A DNA stretch of 64,000 nt, taken from NCBI GenBank assembly GCA_963719225.1, contig CAVRAY010000002.1, positions 807,797-871,796 on the forward strand, written 5' to 3'. This DNA is from Thermoanaerobaculia bacterium. Its GTDB lineage: Bacteria > Acidobacteriota > Thermoanaerobaculia > UBA5066. The position numbers and the translations under genes were made by a program. This document shows positions 11,840 to 23,205 of the stretch, one piece after another. The notes below the pieces were generated by a model that was given only the letters and a program-made list of their open reading frames with translations, did no database searches and was not told where the DNA came from. The stretch's first letter is position 1, and each line of letters opens with the position of its first letter.

Positions 11840-12369
11840 TTCTCGATCTCGAACAGGCTGCGCCGCAGCGAAGCGCGTAGAAGATTGACCGGCATGTCGA
11901 GCTTGATGGAGAGCTGCTCGCGCGTGAAGGCGCCGTAATAGGCGAGCAGCAGCATGCGCTGGCGGTCGGGCTCGAGCCGGCCGATACAGGTCAACAGCCG
12001 CCGTAGATCGTCGGTCAGCGCGTGACGGGGCACCACGCCGGGCCCGTCATCCTCCTCCACGATTTCCGACTCGTCGTCGCCCACGCTGGCGCGCGGCTGC
12101 CGCGCCAAGTCGATGGCCCGGCTGCGCGCGATCCCGACAACCCACGCGACCGGGGACGACTGCGCGGGATCGTACTCCCCGGCCCGCTTCCAGACCTGGA
12201 GATAGGCCTGCTCCATCACATCGGCCGCAAGATCGTGCCGCCGCAGGATGCGCAGCACCACGCCATAGACCTTGGCGCAGGTCGCCGCATAAAGGCGCTC
12301 GAAGGCGGCCGCATCGCCCTTGGAGACGGCAGCAAGCAGCCAGGTGATCTCAACCGGCGGCGTCGACAT
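11824..12369 (-). CDS. ECF sigma-70 factor (SigK-like)
   Basis: GDAAAFERLY, YLQVWKRAGEYD, WVVGIARSRAID, MLLLAYYG. Confidence 0.9.
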   Translation of the reverse strand: MSTPPVEITWLLAAVSKGDAAAFERLYAATCAKVYGVVLRILRRHDLAADVMEQAYLQVWKRAGEYDPAQSSPVAWVVGIARSRAIDLARQPRASVGDDESEIVEEDDGPGVVPRHALTDDLRRLLTCIGRLEPDRQRMLLLAYYGAFTREQLSIKLDMPVNLLRASLRRSLFEIEKCLSS

Positions 12370-12750
12370 TATAACTGGACCCAAACCCCGGGCTTGCGTG
12401 GCGGGCTGATTATCCCCGGCTCACCCGTCCTGTCGAGACAGGAATGCCACAAATCGCGCCCTGGCAAGCGCGATCCTGCGCGTTTTTTCCGATTCCGACC
12501 GATTGGCCGGCCGGAGCAACGCTCTGGAATTCCGGCGAGCGGGTGGCTACCGGTTCCGGGCGATGCAGCGGAAGACCGCCACTTTTGATCCACGATGTGC
12601 GCCGCCCGTTCGTCGGTCCGACATTGTTAGCGCCCATTGCCCGCTACATTCTGCCAATTGCCCCCGTGCGGGTCCTCGCGCTATGATTTGCAACCCAGTC
12701 AGCCCCGGAATCAACCGGGGCGACCCGAACTTTCACGGGAGGAACCAACG

Positions 12751-13981
12751 ATGCACGGTCTCGCAAGATTTGCAGCCGTAACGGCTGCGGCAGTACTCGC
12801 CCCGATCACCGCCCAGGCACAGAACTGCGAGGACCTGATCCTCGGGGCCGCGCTTTCGGCCACCGGCATCTACGCCTCCAACGGCAACAACACCAAGAAC
12901 GGCTACGAATTTGCGGTCAAGAAGATCAACGACGCCGGCGGCGTCAAGATCGGCGGCAAGTGCTATCACCTCAAGATCACCTATTACGACGATGAGTCGA
13001 CGCCGGCCCGCGCCGCCCAGCTGGTCGAACGCCTGATCAGCCAGGACAAGGTCAAATTCATGCTCGGCCCGTACAGCTCGCCGCTGACCAAGGCGATCCT
13101 GCCCGTCACCGAAAAGTACAAGACGCCGGTGGTGCAGTCCGAGGCGGCGTCGCGCTCGCTGTTCACCCAGGGCTACAAGTACCACTTCGGCATCGTCGCC
13201 ACGTCCGAGAAGTACCTCACGCCGGTCGATCGACATGGCGGCCGAAATGGCCAAGAAGGCCGGCAAGGATCCGTCGGCCAGTCAAGGTCGCGATGATCTA
13301 TCAGGACGATTCGTTCTCGCTCGACGTGCGGCAGGGCGTCGTCGACGTGATCAAGAAATACAAGATGAACACGGTCATCGACGACCGCATGCCGAAGGAC
13401 CTCAACGACATCACCACGTTCTTCACCAAAGTGAAGGCGCTCAAGCCCGACGTGCTGATGATCTCCGGCCACGAGAAGGGAGCCGCCACCGCGGCCCGCC
13501 AGATGGGCGAGCACAAGACCGACGTGCCGCTGATCGGCGTCACCCATTGCGAATCGGCCAAGGTCGGTGTCGGACTTCCCGAAGGTCGCCGAAGGCTTCG
13601 TCTGCCCGACCCAATGGGACGAGACCATGAAGGCGAGCGATCCGCTGTTCGGAAGCGCCGCCAACTACAACAAGGAAATGAAGGCGGCCCACCCCGAATA
13701 CAGGGTCGTGCCCTACCAGACGGCGCAGGCCAGCGCGGCGATCTACGTCTGGAAGGATGCGTTCCAGCGGGCGCAGTCGCTCGATCAGGAGAAGGTGCGC
13801 GACGCGCTGACCAAGACCGACCTGCCGACCTTCTATGGCCACATCAAGTTTGCCGCGGATGGCAGCAATCCCGGCAAGGAGATCGTCATGCGGCAGATCC
13901 AGGGCGGCAAATACATGGTCGTGTCGCCGGCCAAGGTCGCGGCCGCGCCGCTGATCTATCCGCGCGACGCGCAACTACTGA
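12751..13981 (+). CDS. Liv-type ABC transporter substrate-binding protein (frameshifted)
   Basis: Signal peptide; LGAALSATG, INDAGG, YDDES, FMLGPYSS, TFYGHIKF. Confidence 0.88.
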
Positions 13982-14108
13982 GCGGATCGAGCGGAAGCGG
14001 GCGCGCGCGGTCTGTCGCCCCGCTTCCGTATTGCATCCAGGCGCCGTCCAATCGCTGCGCGAAGGCGTCGCCCGTTTAGCCCGTTTGCATGAGCCGAGGC
14101 GCTCCGCG

Positions 14109-15024
14109 ATGGACCAGATCATCGGCAACATTTCGGTGCTTGACCGCGGCGCCGATCTTCAACCTCGGCCTGCTGATCGACGGGCTGCTGATCGGCTCGA
14201 TCTTTGCGCTCGCCGCCTACGGCCTGGCCCTGGTGTGGGGCGTGATGAACGTCAAGAATCTCGCCCAGGGCGATTTCATCATGACTCGGCGGCTACATCA
14301 CCTGGAGCTCGGGCAAGCTCGGCATTCATCCGCTGTTCGGGCGTGCCCGTCGCCATCGTCGTGCTGTGGTGCGTCGGCTGGGTGCTCTACCGCACGGTCA
14401 TCAGCAAGGTCATTACCCGCGATCTGTTCACCTCGCTGCTGGCGACCTTCGGCATCGCCATCGTGATCCAGCAGGGGCTCAACCTCGCGTTCGGTCCGGA
14501 CACCCAATCGGCGCAGGCCGATCTGCCGACCTGGGATTTCGCCGGCGGGCTCGATCACCGTCACGGCGACCCGCGTCCTCGGCTTCGTGTTTGCCGTCGT
14601 TCTCGCGGTGGCGGTGATCCTGTTCATGAAGAAGAGCCGCATGGGCCAGGCGATCCGCGCGACCGCGCAGGATGCGCGCGCCGCGCGCGTGCTCGGCATC
14701 GACACCGAGAAGGTCTATTCGTTCACGTTCTGCCTCAATGCGGCGATCTGCGGGGCGGCCGGCGCGCTGGTCGCGGTGGTCTGGAACGTGCAGCCGTTCA
14801 TGGGCACGACCTATTCGATCCGCCTGTTCGTCGTCGTGACCGCGGCGGGCTTCGGCAACCTGCCGGGCGTGATCGCGGCGGGCTTCGGGATGGGCGTGTT
14901 CGAGCAGTTCGGCGGCTTCGTGCTCGGCGCGCAATTCCAGCAGGCCCTGATCGTGCTGCTGCTGCTGGTCGTGCTCGCGGTCCGCCAATTGCAGCAACTC
15001 CGCGTGCGGCAGGCCGTGCAATGA
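14109..15024 (+). CDS. LivH-like ABC permease (frameshifted)
   Basis: GSIFALAAYGLALVWGVMNVKNLAQGDF, GQAIRATAQD, GFGNLPG. Confidence 0.88.
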
Positions 15025-16114
15025 ACGCCGCGTCGCTGCAACCGCTGACCTTCTGGCTGCTGCTGCTGGCCGGCGTCGCCGCGCCGCTGCTGTTTCCCGA
15101 CTACACCAATCAGATCGCCGTGCTCTGGCTGATGATCGTGTTCGCCGCGACCTGGGACATCCTGGGCGGGCAGATGGGCTACAACTCGCTCGGCAACATC
15201 TTCTTCTTCGGCGCCGGCATGTACATCTCGGCCGTCGGTCCAGATCGGCCTGTTCTACGACGTGGGCATGTACACGTCGGCGGCCCGCACCACCCACATC
15301 GTCTTCACCAGCCGCAGTATTTCACCGGCTTTGCCGCCGGCGCGGTCGCGGCAGGCATCGGCGTCCGCGGTGCTCGCCATCGTGGTCGGCTGGATCGTGT
15401 TCGGCCTGCGCGGGCCCTATTTCGCCATCGGCACGCTCGGCGTGGCGGTCGCCGGCGCCGAGCTGATCGCCTCCTGGGAATGGGTTGGGGCGGCGAGCGG
15501 CATCTCGCTGCCGGTGTTCCCGGGCGAGCCGGAGACCCAGAAGCTGTTCTTCTACTTCCTGCTGTTCGGTCTGGCGTTCACCCTGCTGCTGTTTCTGCGC
15601 TGGCTCTATTCCACCAATTTCGGCCTCGCCATCAACGCCATCCGCGACGACGAGGAAAAGGCCGAGGCCATGGGCCTGCATACCAGCCGCTACAAGCGCA
15701 CCGCCTGGGTGATCTCGGCGTTCTTCCTCGGCATCGCCGGCGCCATCTTCGGCAACATGACCGGCTTCATCGAGCCGCGCGACATCGCCTTCCCGACGAC
15801 GACGTTCAACATCTTCATGGTGCTGATGGTGCTGCTCGGCGGCAAGGGCACGTTGTGGGGCCCGGTGGTCGGCGCGGTGGTGTTCCACGTCATCAAGGAG
15901 GTGACCTGGACCTATTTCCTCGGCTGGCAGTTCGTCACCCTGGGCCTGCTCATCGTCATCATCATCGTCTATTTCCAGCAGGGCATCGTCGGCTGGCTGA
16001 TGGAGAAATATCCCGAGCGGTTCGGCATCCAGGTCGCGCCCAAGGACGAAGGAGACAGCGCCGCGCGCGCAGTCAATGCCGGTCTCGCGCCGCATCCCGG
16101 AGGGCGCGGAATGA
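15021..16114 (+). CDS. LivM-like ABC permease (frameshifted)
   Basis: LRGPYFAIGTL, AIRDDEEKAEAMG, LLGGKGTLWGPVVGA. Confidence 0.88.
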
Positions 16115-16859
16115 GCGACGCGATCATCGAGGTCGAGAATGTGAGCAAGTCGTTCGGCGGCGTGATCGCCAACCGCGGCGTGTCGCTGAGCGTGCCGCGC
16201 GGCAGCATCACCGGACTGATCGGCCCCAACGGCTCGGGCAAGACCACGCTGTTCAATTCCATCGTCGGCTATCACCCGATCGATTCCGGCTCGATCCGCT
16301 TCGAGGGGCGCGAGATTTCCACGACTGCGCGTGCAGGAGATCGCGCGGCTCGGCCTGCTGCGCACGTTCCAGACCACGCGCATCTACGGCAAGATGAACT
16401 GCATGCAGAACATGCTGATCTCGATCCCGCATCGCAGGGCGGGCTTCTTCGACATGTTCGCGCGCGAGCGCGGCGAGGTGGTGGACCGCGCCGAGCAGCT
16501 ACTGGGCTTCGTCGGGCTCTACGAGAAGCGGTTCCTGCGCGCCGGCAGCCTGTCGTTCGGCCAGCAGAAGCTCCTGGAGTTCGCCATGGCGCTGATGAAC
16601 GAGCCCACCGTGCTGCTGCTCGACGAGCCGACCGCCGGCATCAATCCAACGCTGATCAACGGCCTGATCGACCGCCTCAAGCGCGCCAACACCGAATTCG
16701 GCATCACGCTGTTCATCATCGAGCACAACATGCGCGTGATCATGAACATGGCGAGCAAGATCTATTGCCTGGCGCACGGCGAGATGCTGGCGGAGGGCGA
16801 GGCCGGCCGAAATCCAGCGCGATCAGCGCGTCATCGACGCCTATCTGGGAGCGCATTGA
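16111..16859 (+). CDS. LivG-like ABC ATPase (frameshifted)
   Basis: GPNGSGKTT, RTFQ, LSFGQQK, LLLDEPTAG, IEHNM. Confidence 0.9.
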
Positions 16860-17738
16860 TGCCGGGCTCCGAACGGCCGCACACGCCGGCGGGGAGCGGC
16901 TACCTGGGCGGCGTCGACACCGTCATCTCCGTCGATGAAGTCGCCCGCCAGGCGCTCGCAATCGCGCAGGACGTGAGCGTCGCCGAGCTCGACGCGCTGG
17001 CTGGGACGCGAACCGCATCTGCGCATCGACGACCTCGTCGCCGGCTACGGTCAGATGGAAATCCTGCACGATTTCAGTCTCCGGGTCGGCCGCCGTCAGT
17101 CGCTGTGCCTCATCGGCCCGAACGGCGCCGGCAAGTCGACCGTGCTGCATTCCATTTTCGGTTTCACCAACATCTTTTCCGGAACGATCTCCACCATGCG
17201 GGACGGCGCACTGATCGACGTGACGCGCCTGTCGTCGAACGAGAAGCTGCGTTCTGCCGGCATCGCCTACATCATGCAGGACAAGTCCGTCTTCCCCGGC
17301 ATGACCGTGGAGGAGAACTTGTGGATGGGCGCCTACCTGATGGAGCACACCGCGGAGGCCAAGCGCGCCGCCGAGAAGGTGTTCGACAAGTATCCGCGTC
17401 TGGCGGCGCGGCGCAAGCACCCGGCCAAGGTGCTCTCCGGCGGCGAGCGCCGTCTGCTCGAAATCAGCCGCGCGCTGGTCATGGACCCGCAGGTGCTGCT
17501 GGTGGATGAGCCCTCGATCGGGCTGGAGCCGCGCTTCATCGACATGGTGTTCGAAATTCTGGGCGACCTTCAGCACAAGGAGGGCAAGACCATCGTGATG
17601 GTCGAGCAGAACGCCAAGAAAGGGCTCGAATTCGCCGATATCGGCTACGTGCTGGTCTCGGGCAAGCTCGCACTTGCCGGCCGCGCCAAGGACCTGCTCG
17701 CCGACCCGGACGTCGGCCGCCTTTTCCTCGGCGGTTAG
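16859..17738 (+). CDS. LivF-like ABC ATPase with an N-terminal extension (frameshifted)
   Basis: GPNGAGKST, LSGGE, VDEPSIGL, VEQNA, GRLFLGG. Confidence 0.9.
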
Positions 17739-17849
17739 CGCCGCGCCGAGTGATCCGCACTCCGATGCGACACGTTCCGTCCGCGCGCGCTCAGCGACGC
17801 GCGGAGACCACCTGCCGTCATGCATGCCAAGCTGCGCGTGGGCCCGCCA

Positions 17850-18131
17850 TCAATCCCGGCACCCGAGTTCCTCCTCCAATCGCACGATCCGCGCAACGCG
17901 CCGGCGCTCACGGGGACTGAGCGGAACGTCCGCCTGGTTGTCGTATTCGCATCCGGCGTTGCCGAAATGGCGGATCGCGCGCGCCGTCTTGAAGCAATAG
18001 CCGGCCCGCTTGTAGATCGCATTGCGTTCCACCCACAGACCGAAGCAGTTTTGGGCCCGGGCCGCCGGAACGCCGGCTCCCAGAGTGGCCGCGGCCACCA
18101 CGGCCGCGGCGGCAATCGTGATCAGGCGCAT
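17850..18131 (-). CDS. Secreted YARHG-domain protein
   Basis: Signal peptide + C..LWVERNAIYKRAGYCFKT..FGNAGC..GC. Confidence 0.8.
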   Translation of the reverse strand: MRLITIAAAAVVAAATLGAGVPAARAQNCFGLWVERNAIYKRAGYCFKTARAIRHFGNAGCEYDNQADVPLSPRERRRVARIVRLEEELGCRD

Positions 18132-18167
18132 TTTTCAGTCCTCCGATTTGGGGCGGGCCCACCCGAT

Positions 18168-18250
18168 AGCGCGGTCATCCGCGAGTGCCTGTCTGGGCTT
18201 TCGGCAGCCCGGCGGGGCGTCCTCGATCTCGTCTATTATCACGAGAAGTC
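18168..18250 (+). pseudogene. Remnant of ECF sigma factor region 4
   Basis: Translates SAVIRECLSGLSAARRGVLDLVYYHEKS with no surrounding sigma ORF. Confidence 0.5.
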
Positions 18251-18315
18251 GCCGCCGATGATAGGTGCCGCCAAATGGACTCCTAGCAGCGAAGGCTGTA
18301 GTCCTCCTCGGCGAC

Positions 18316-19316
18316 ATGCCCCGCCTGCCCATCACCATTGCTACCTGGGACTACGACCGGGTGCGGGCCCTGACCGACGGCCGCGTGCAGGTCGAGGGTT
18401 GCGACGTCAACTACCTCACCATGCCGGTCGAGGAGTGCTTCGAACGGGCCTTCTTCCACGGCGAATTCGAAGTCGCCGAAATCGGCTTCAGCCCGCATCT
18501 CATTGCGCTGTCACGCGGGCACGGCACCTTATGTGGCCGATCCCGGTCTTCCTGTCGCGGATGTTCAGGCATTCGGCCGTCTACATCCGGACCGATCGCG
18601 GCATCGAGGGGCCTGCCGACTTGCGGGGCAAGCGTATCGGCGTGCCCGAATATCAGATGTCGGCCGTAGTATGGGTTCGCGGATTTCTCAACGACGAGTT
18701 CGGCATCGCCGCAAAAGACATCAACTGGGTGCAGGCGCGGCCTCGAAACTCCGGGCCGCCGCGACAAGTTTCCGCTCAATCTGCCGGACGGATTTCCGCT
18801 CGCTATCGCGCAACGGACGGCAGTGCCTGTCGCAAGATGCTGGTGGACGGCGAGCTCGACGGCGGTGATCTCGGCGCGGCAGCCATCATGCTTCGTCAAC
18901 AAGCATCCGAACGTCACCCGGCTGTTTCCCGATTACCGCGCCGCGGAGCGCGAATACTATCACCGTTCGGGGCTGTTCCCGATCATGCACGCGCTCGGCA
19001 TCCGCCGCGACGTCTACGACCGGCACCGTGGCTTGCCGCCAGCCTGTACAAGGCCTTCGTGCAGGGCGAAGCGGATCGCCGACGCCGAATTCGTCGAGAC
19101 GACGGCGCTGAAGATCGGCCTGCCATGGGTCACGGCGGAGTACGAAGCGACGCGCGGACGCTGATGGGAGAGGATTTCTGGTCATACGGCGTCGCCCCAA
19201 ATCACAGGACGCTGCAGACCATGGCGCGGTATTCTTATGAGCAGGGTCTGGCCGTCCGTCTGTCTGACGGTCGAAGAAATGTTTGCGGAAGGCAGTTGAG
19301 CGAGATCCGGGTCTAG
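18316..19316 (+). CDS. 4,5-dihydroxyphthalate decarboxylase-like protein (SsuA/THI5-like fold), frameshifted
   Basis: DYDRVRALTDGRVQVEG, IPVFLSRMFRHS, LRGKRIGVPEYQM, RLFPDY, FPIMH, DFWSYG, EQGL. Confidence 0.8.
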
Positions 19317-19327
19317 CGGAGGATCCG

Positions 19328-20274
19328 ATGACCGTCCAACTGATCTGCTGCTCGCACAGTCCGTTGATGACGACCGACGTCGAGGAATCGCAGCCTGACA
19401 CGCATGCGCAATTTTTCAAAGAGATCGATTCCGCGGCGGCGGCCCTGCACAAATTCGGCCCCGATCTGGTCGTGGTCTTTGGCCCGGACCATTTCAACGG
19501 CTTCTTCTATGAGCTGATGCCGGCGTTCTGCATCGGGACCGCGGCCGAAGGAACTCAAGGACTGGCATCTGGAAAGCGGGCCGCTCCGCGTGCCGCGCGA
19601 GCTTGCGCTTTCGCTGCGTGCGGTTTCTGCAATCGCGCGACTTCGATGTGGCGATATCGCATCAGATGAAGGTCGACCACGGCATCACAATTCCGCTGTT
19701 CAAGCTTACGGGCGCGCTCGAACCGCTACGACGTGCTGCCGGTTTTCATCAATTGCGCCGCCGATCCGCGGCCCTCTTTCCGGCGGGTTCGCGCGTTCGG
19801 CGAGGCTATCGGCGCATTTCTCGCCGACAAGGACATGCGCATCACGATCGTCGGCTCCGGCGGCTTGTCGCACGATCCGCCGACGCCGCGGCTGGAGCTG
19901 AGCCCGCCGGACGTGGCGCGCCGCTTGATCGTCCGGCAGACGCCGTCCCAGGACGAACTGGATGCTCGCGAAAGTCGCGTCATAAAGGCGGCACGGGATC
20001 TCGTGGTCGGCAAAGGTCCGTGTTTGCCGCCGAGCGAGCAATGGGACCGGGATTTCCTGGCGACGTTTCTCGGCTCCCAGGCACGAGGAGTTCGACCGGA
20101 TGACCGACGCAGAGATCGATCGTGTCGCCGGCTTCGGCGCGCATGAAGTCCGCACCTGGGTCGCGGCGGCGGCCGCCGCCCGCACCATGGGCGAACTTGC
20201 GCACCGAGCTTCGCTACTACCACCTCGTCCCGGAATGGATCACCGGAATGGGCATCGTCGTCGGCCAGAACTGA
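19328..20274 (+). CDS. Class III extradiol dioxygenase, MhpB/LigB family (frameshifted)
   Basis: SHSPL, FGPDHFNGFFYELMPAFCIG, VDHG, GSGGLSHDPP, HEVRTW. Confidence 0.88.
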
Positions 20275-20315
20275 ACCCGCCAGAACAAGAAAAGCGAACG
20301 GGAGGATTGACGAAG

Positions 20316-21172
20316 ATGGCGGCTCGCGAGCACGTCACCGGCTCGGTCCGCTGTGGCGAGATCGGATCTGTTCTATCGCCGGTTCGGCAGGCCCGGGCGC
20401 ACGCCGGTGCTGATCGTGCACGGCCTGTCGTATTTCTCCTACGACTGGATCGAGCCGGCCGCCCGCATCGCCACCGACCGCGAAGTGGTGGCGATGGACA
20501 TGCGCGGCTTCGGCAATTCGGACTGCAGCCCGGCGCGCGACTACAAGCTTGATACGCTCAGCGCGGACATGATCTGCCTGCTGGATCATCTCGGCTGGCA
20601 GCAGGCCGTGCTGATGGGGCATTCGTTCGGCGGACGGGTCTGCCTCGCCACCGCCGGCTGGCGGCCCGAGCGCACCGCAGGGCTCGTTCTGCGTCGACTT
20701 TGCGCCCGACATCGCACCGGAAGGCCGACGCCACACCGCCGAGCGCATCGGCCTGCAGCCTGACGTGTTTGCCTCGGTTGACGAGGCGCTGGCCTATCAC
20801 GGCCACACCGACGTGCCGTCCGACTCCCCGCTGCGGCGGCGCTACGAGGCGTTCCTCAGGAAAGTCGACGCGGGCTACGTGCTGCGACGCGATCTCGCGT
20901 TCCGCGACAATTTCAAGAAGGCCCTCGACACCGGGCAGTCGCAGCCGGTGCCGGCATTTCTTTGGCCGATGCTGTCCGAACTCAAGGTCCCGGCCCTGGT
21001 CATCCGGGGCAGCCAATCCGACATGTTCGCTCCCGAGACGCTGCCGAAGGTGCGCGCCGTCAATCCACGCGTCACCGCGATCGAACTTGCCGGCAGCCAC
21101 GACCTCGCCGACGACAATCCGGACGGCCTGGTGAAGGCGGTGTGCGGCTTCCTCGCGGCGAACCGGCTATGA
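20316..21172 (+). CDS. Alpha/beta hydrolase (frameshifted)
   Basis: VHG, DMRGFGNS, nucleophile elbow GHSFGG, IRGSQSD, GSHDL. Confidence 0.85.
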
Positions 21173-21417
21173 TCGAAAAAATCGAAATCGAGCGGTGCAC
21201 CGGCTGCGGCATCTGCGATGTCGTCTGTCCGGCCGACGTGATCCACATGGAGCCGGCCCCGGTCGCCGTGGATGTCGCGCGGCCTGCGCGCACGCAGCTG
21301 TTGCCGGTGATCAAGTTCCGCGAGCACTGCATCACCTGCTTCAGCTGCGAGATCTTCTGCCCGGAGCAGATCGTCGACGTGCATCCTTCTGTGAAGAACC
21401 GGCCGCGGCCATGGTGA
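21169..21417 (+). CDS. 2x[4Fe-4S] ferredoxin (AprB-like)
   Basis: CTGCGICDVVCP and CITCFSCEIFCP; ATGA-coupled to the hydrolase, overlaps the flavoprotein start. Confidence 0.88.
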   Translation: MIEKIEIERCTGCGICDVVCPADVIHMEPAPVAVDVARPARTQLLPVIKFREHCITCFSCEIFCPEQIVDVHPSVKNRPRPW

Positions 21418-23155
21418 TCGCCCATGGCAGACTCGACGGCGTCCTGATCGAGACCGACGTGCTGGTAGTCGGCGCCGGCGCCGGCGGCCTCTTCGCCGCG
21501 CTCAGCGCCAAGCGCCACGGCCCGTCCGGCACGCGCGTGACCCTGCGTCGATTCCTGGATGGTCGGGCGCACCGGCCATACCGCCTTTTCCAACGCCTGG
21601 ATGATCGTGGCGCTGCCCGGCGACGACATCGACGGCATACCTGCGAGATCGTCGCTGGCAACGACGGCATCGCCGACCAGATGCTGGTGCGCGCAGTCGC
21701 TGACGAATTCACACGCGCGCCTGCGCGACTTCGAAGCCATGGGCATGAAGTTCCACCGCGCCGAGGACGGCAGCTATGCGCGCCGGCCGACGCGCGGGTC
21801 TCGATCTCGCGCGCGTGCATGTATCCCGAAGGCGGCGGGCTCGAATATTGCTGGCGGCTGCGGCTGCGCCCTGGAGAGCGAAGGCGTTCAGCTCCTCGAC
21901 CGCTGTTCGTCACCGGCCTGCTGCGCGCCGACGGCGGCCGCATCGATCGGCGCGGTCGGGATTCAACAGCCGCACCGGCGAGTTTCACGTCATCAAGGCG
22001 CGCGTCGACCATCGTCGCCACCAACGCCATCACGTTCCGCTCCGGCTTCGTGCGCGACATCACCGGCACCGGCACGCTGCTCGCCTATCGCGCGGGCGCG
22101 GCGCTGCGCAATGCCGAATTCAGCTACGTGCGGCCGGGCACGCCGAAATTCTATTTCGAGGGCATCACCTTCGCGATCCAGGAGGGCGCGCATTTCATCA
22201 ACGCCAAGGGCGAGGCGTTCATGCGCGACTACGAGCCGGACTGGGGCGACGAGGCCGACGTGCCGCGCATCGCCCGTGCGATGGCGATGGAACAGCGAGA
22301 AGGGCAGCGACCGCTCTATCTCGACATGTCGGCGATCCCGGAAGGGCATCCGCGACTATTTCATCAGAGCAAAGTCAAGTGGATGGACTATTTCTTCCGC
22401 AAGCTCGGCGAGCGAAGCGCAAGCACCGACATGTTCGGCAAGACGCCCTATTACGCGCTCAACCAGATGACCAAGATGGGCATCCGCACCGGGCCGGATT
22501 GCCGCTCGGATGTCGCCGGGCCTCTGGCGGCGGGGCTCGCGCAGGCCGGCTGCGCCAACCACTTCGCCGGCTTCCACATCGGCCTGTGCATCGGCAACGG
22601 CTGGATCGCGGGCGCACAGCGCGATCGAGGACCTCGACCGGCTGCCGCCGCCGCACGCTCGATGCCGGCCAAGTCGCAGCTGCTCTACGAGGAGGCGGTG
22701 CAGACCGTTGAAACCGGCAGCCGCAGCGGAATCGGACCGCATCCTGCGCGACCTGCAGGCGGTGATGTTCGCCTACGACATCGGCATCCTCAAGAGCGCC
22801 GAGCGGCTCGAACGCGCGCTGCAAAGTGTCGACGCGCTGGAACGGCGAGTTCGCCGATCTGGCCGCGCCGCACACGCACGAGCTGGTGCGTCTCAAGGAG
22901 ACCGAGGCGATGCTGCTCGCGGCGCGTTTTATTCTCCAAGCTTCGCTGTTCCGTACCGAGTCGCGGCTCAGTCACTTCCGTGACGATCATCAGCAGCGTG
23001 ACGACGAGAACTGGCTGGTGTGGGTCGACGTTTCGCCGACCGCCGAGGGGCCAAAACTGTCGAAGACCAAAATTCCGACCCCGCTCTGCCCGGTGCTCCC
23101 GCGCCCGGGTCGGCCGACACGGCTGAAGGAGCGGTTCGCGGTCGCCGGCGGCTGA
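21411..23155 (+). CDS. SdhA/FrdA/AprA-family flavoprotein (multiply frameshifted)
   Basis: DVLVVGAGAGGLFAA, AYRAGAALRNAEF, INAKGEAFM, HELVRLKETEAML, ASLFRTESRLSHFRDD..DDENWL. Confidence 0.8.
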
Positions 23156-23205
23156 CCCAAAGGCGGCGCGCGCTCCCCCCTGCGCTGTCCATCCGGGAGG
23201 ACCGA

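Noticed and set aside
13293-16938. 1034-aa ORF and apparent LivM-LivG fusion
   Set aside because: Off-frame read-through in GC-rich, indel-bearing sequence; the ATGA overlap at 16111 indicates separate genes.
21169-23155. Calling the pair aprBA (dissimilatory APS reductase) or sdhAB
   Set aside because: No sat/qmo/dsr or membrane anchor genes, and the sequence is too divergent and frameshifted to assign by eye.
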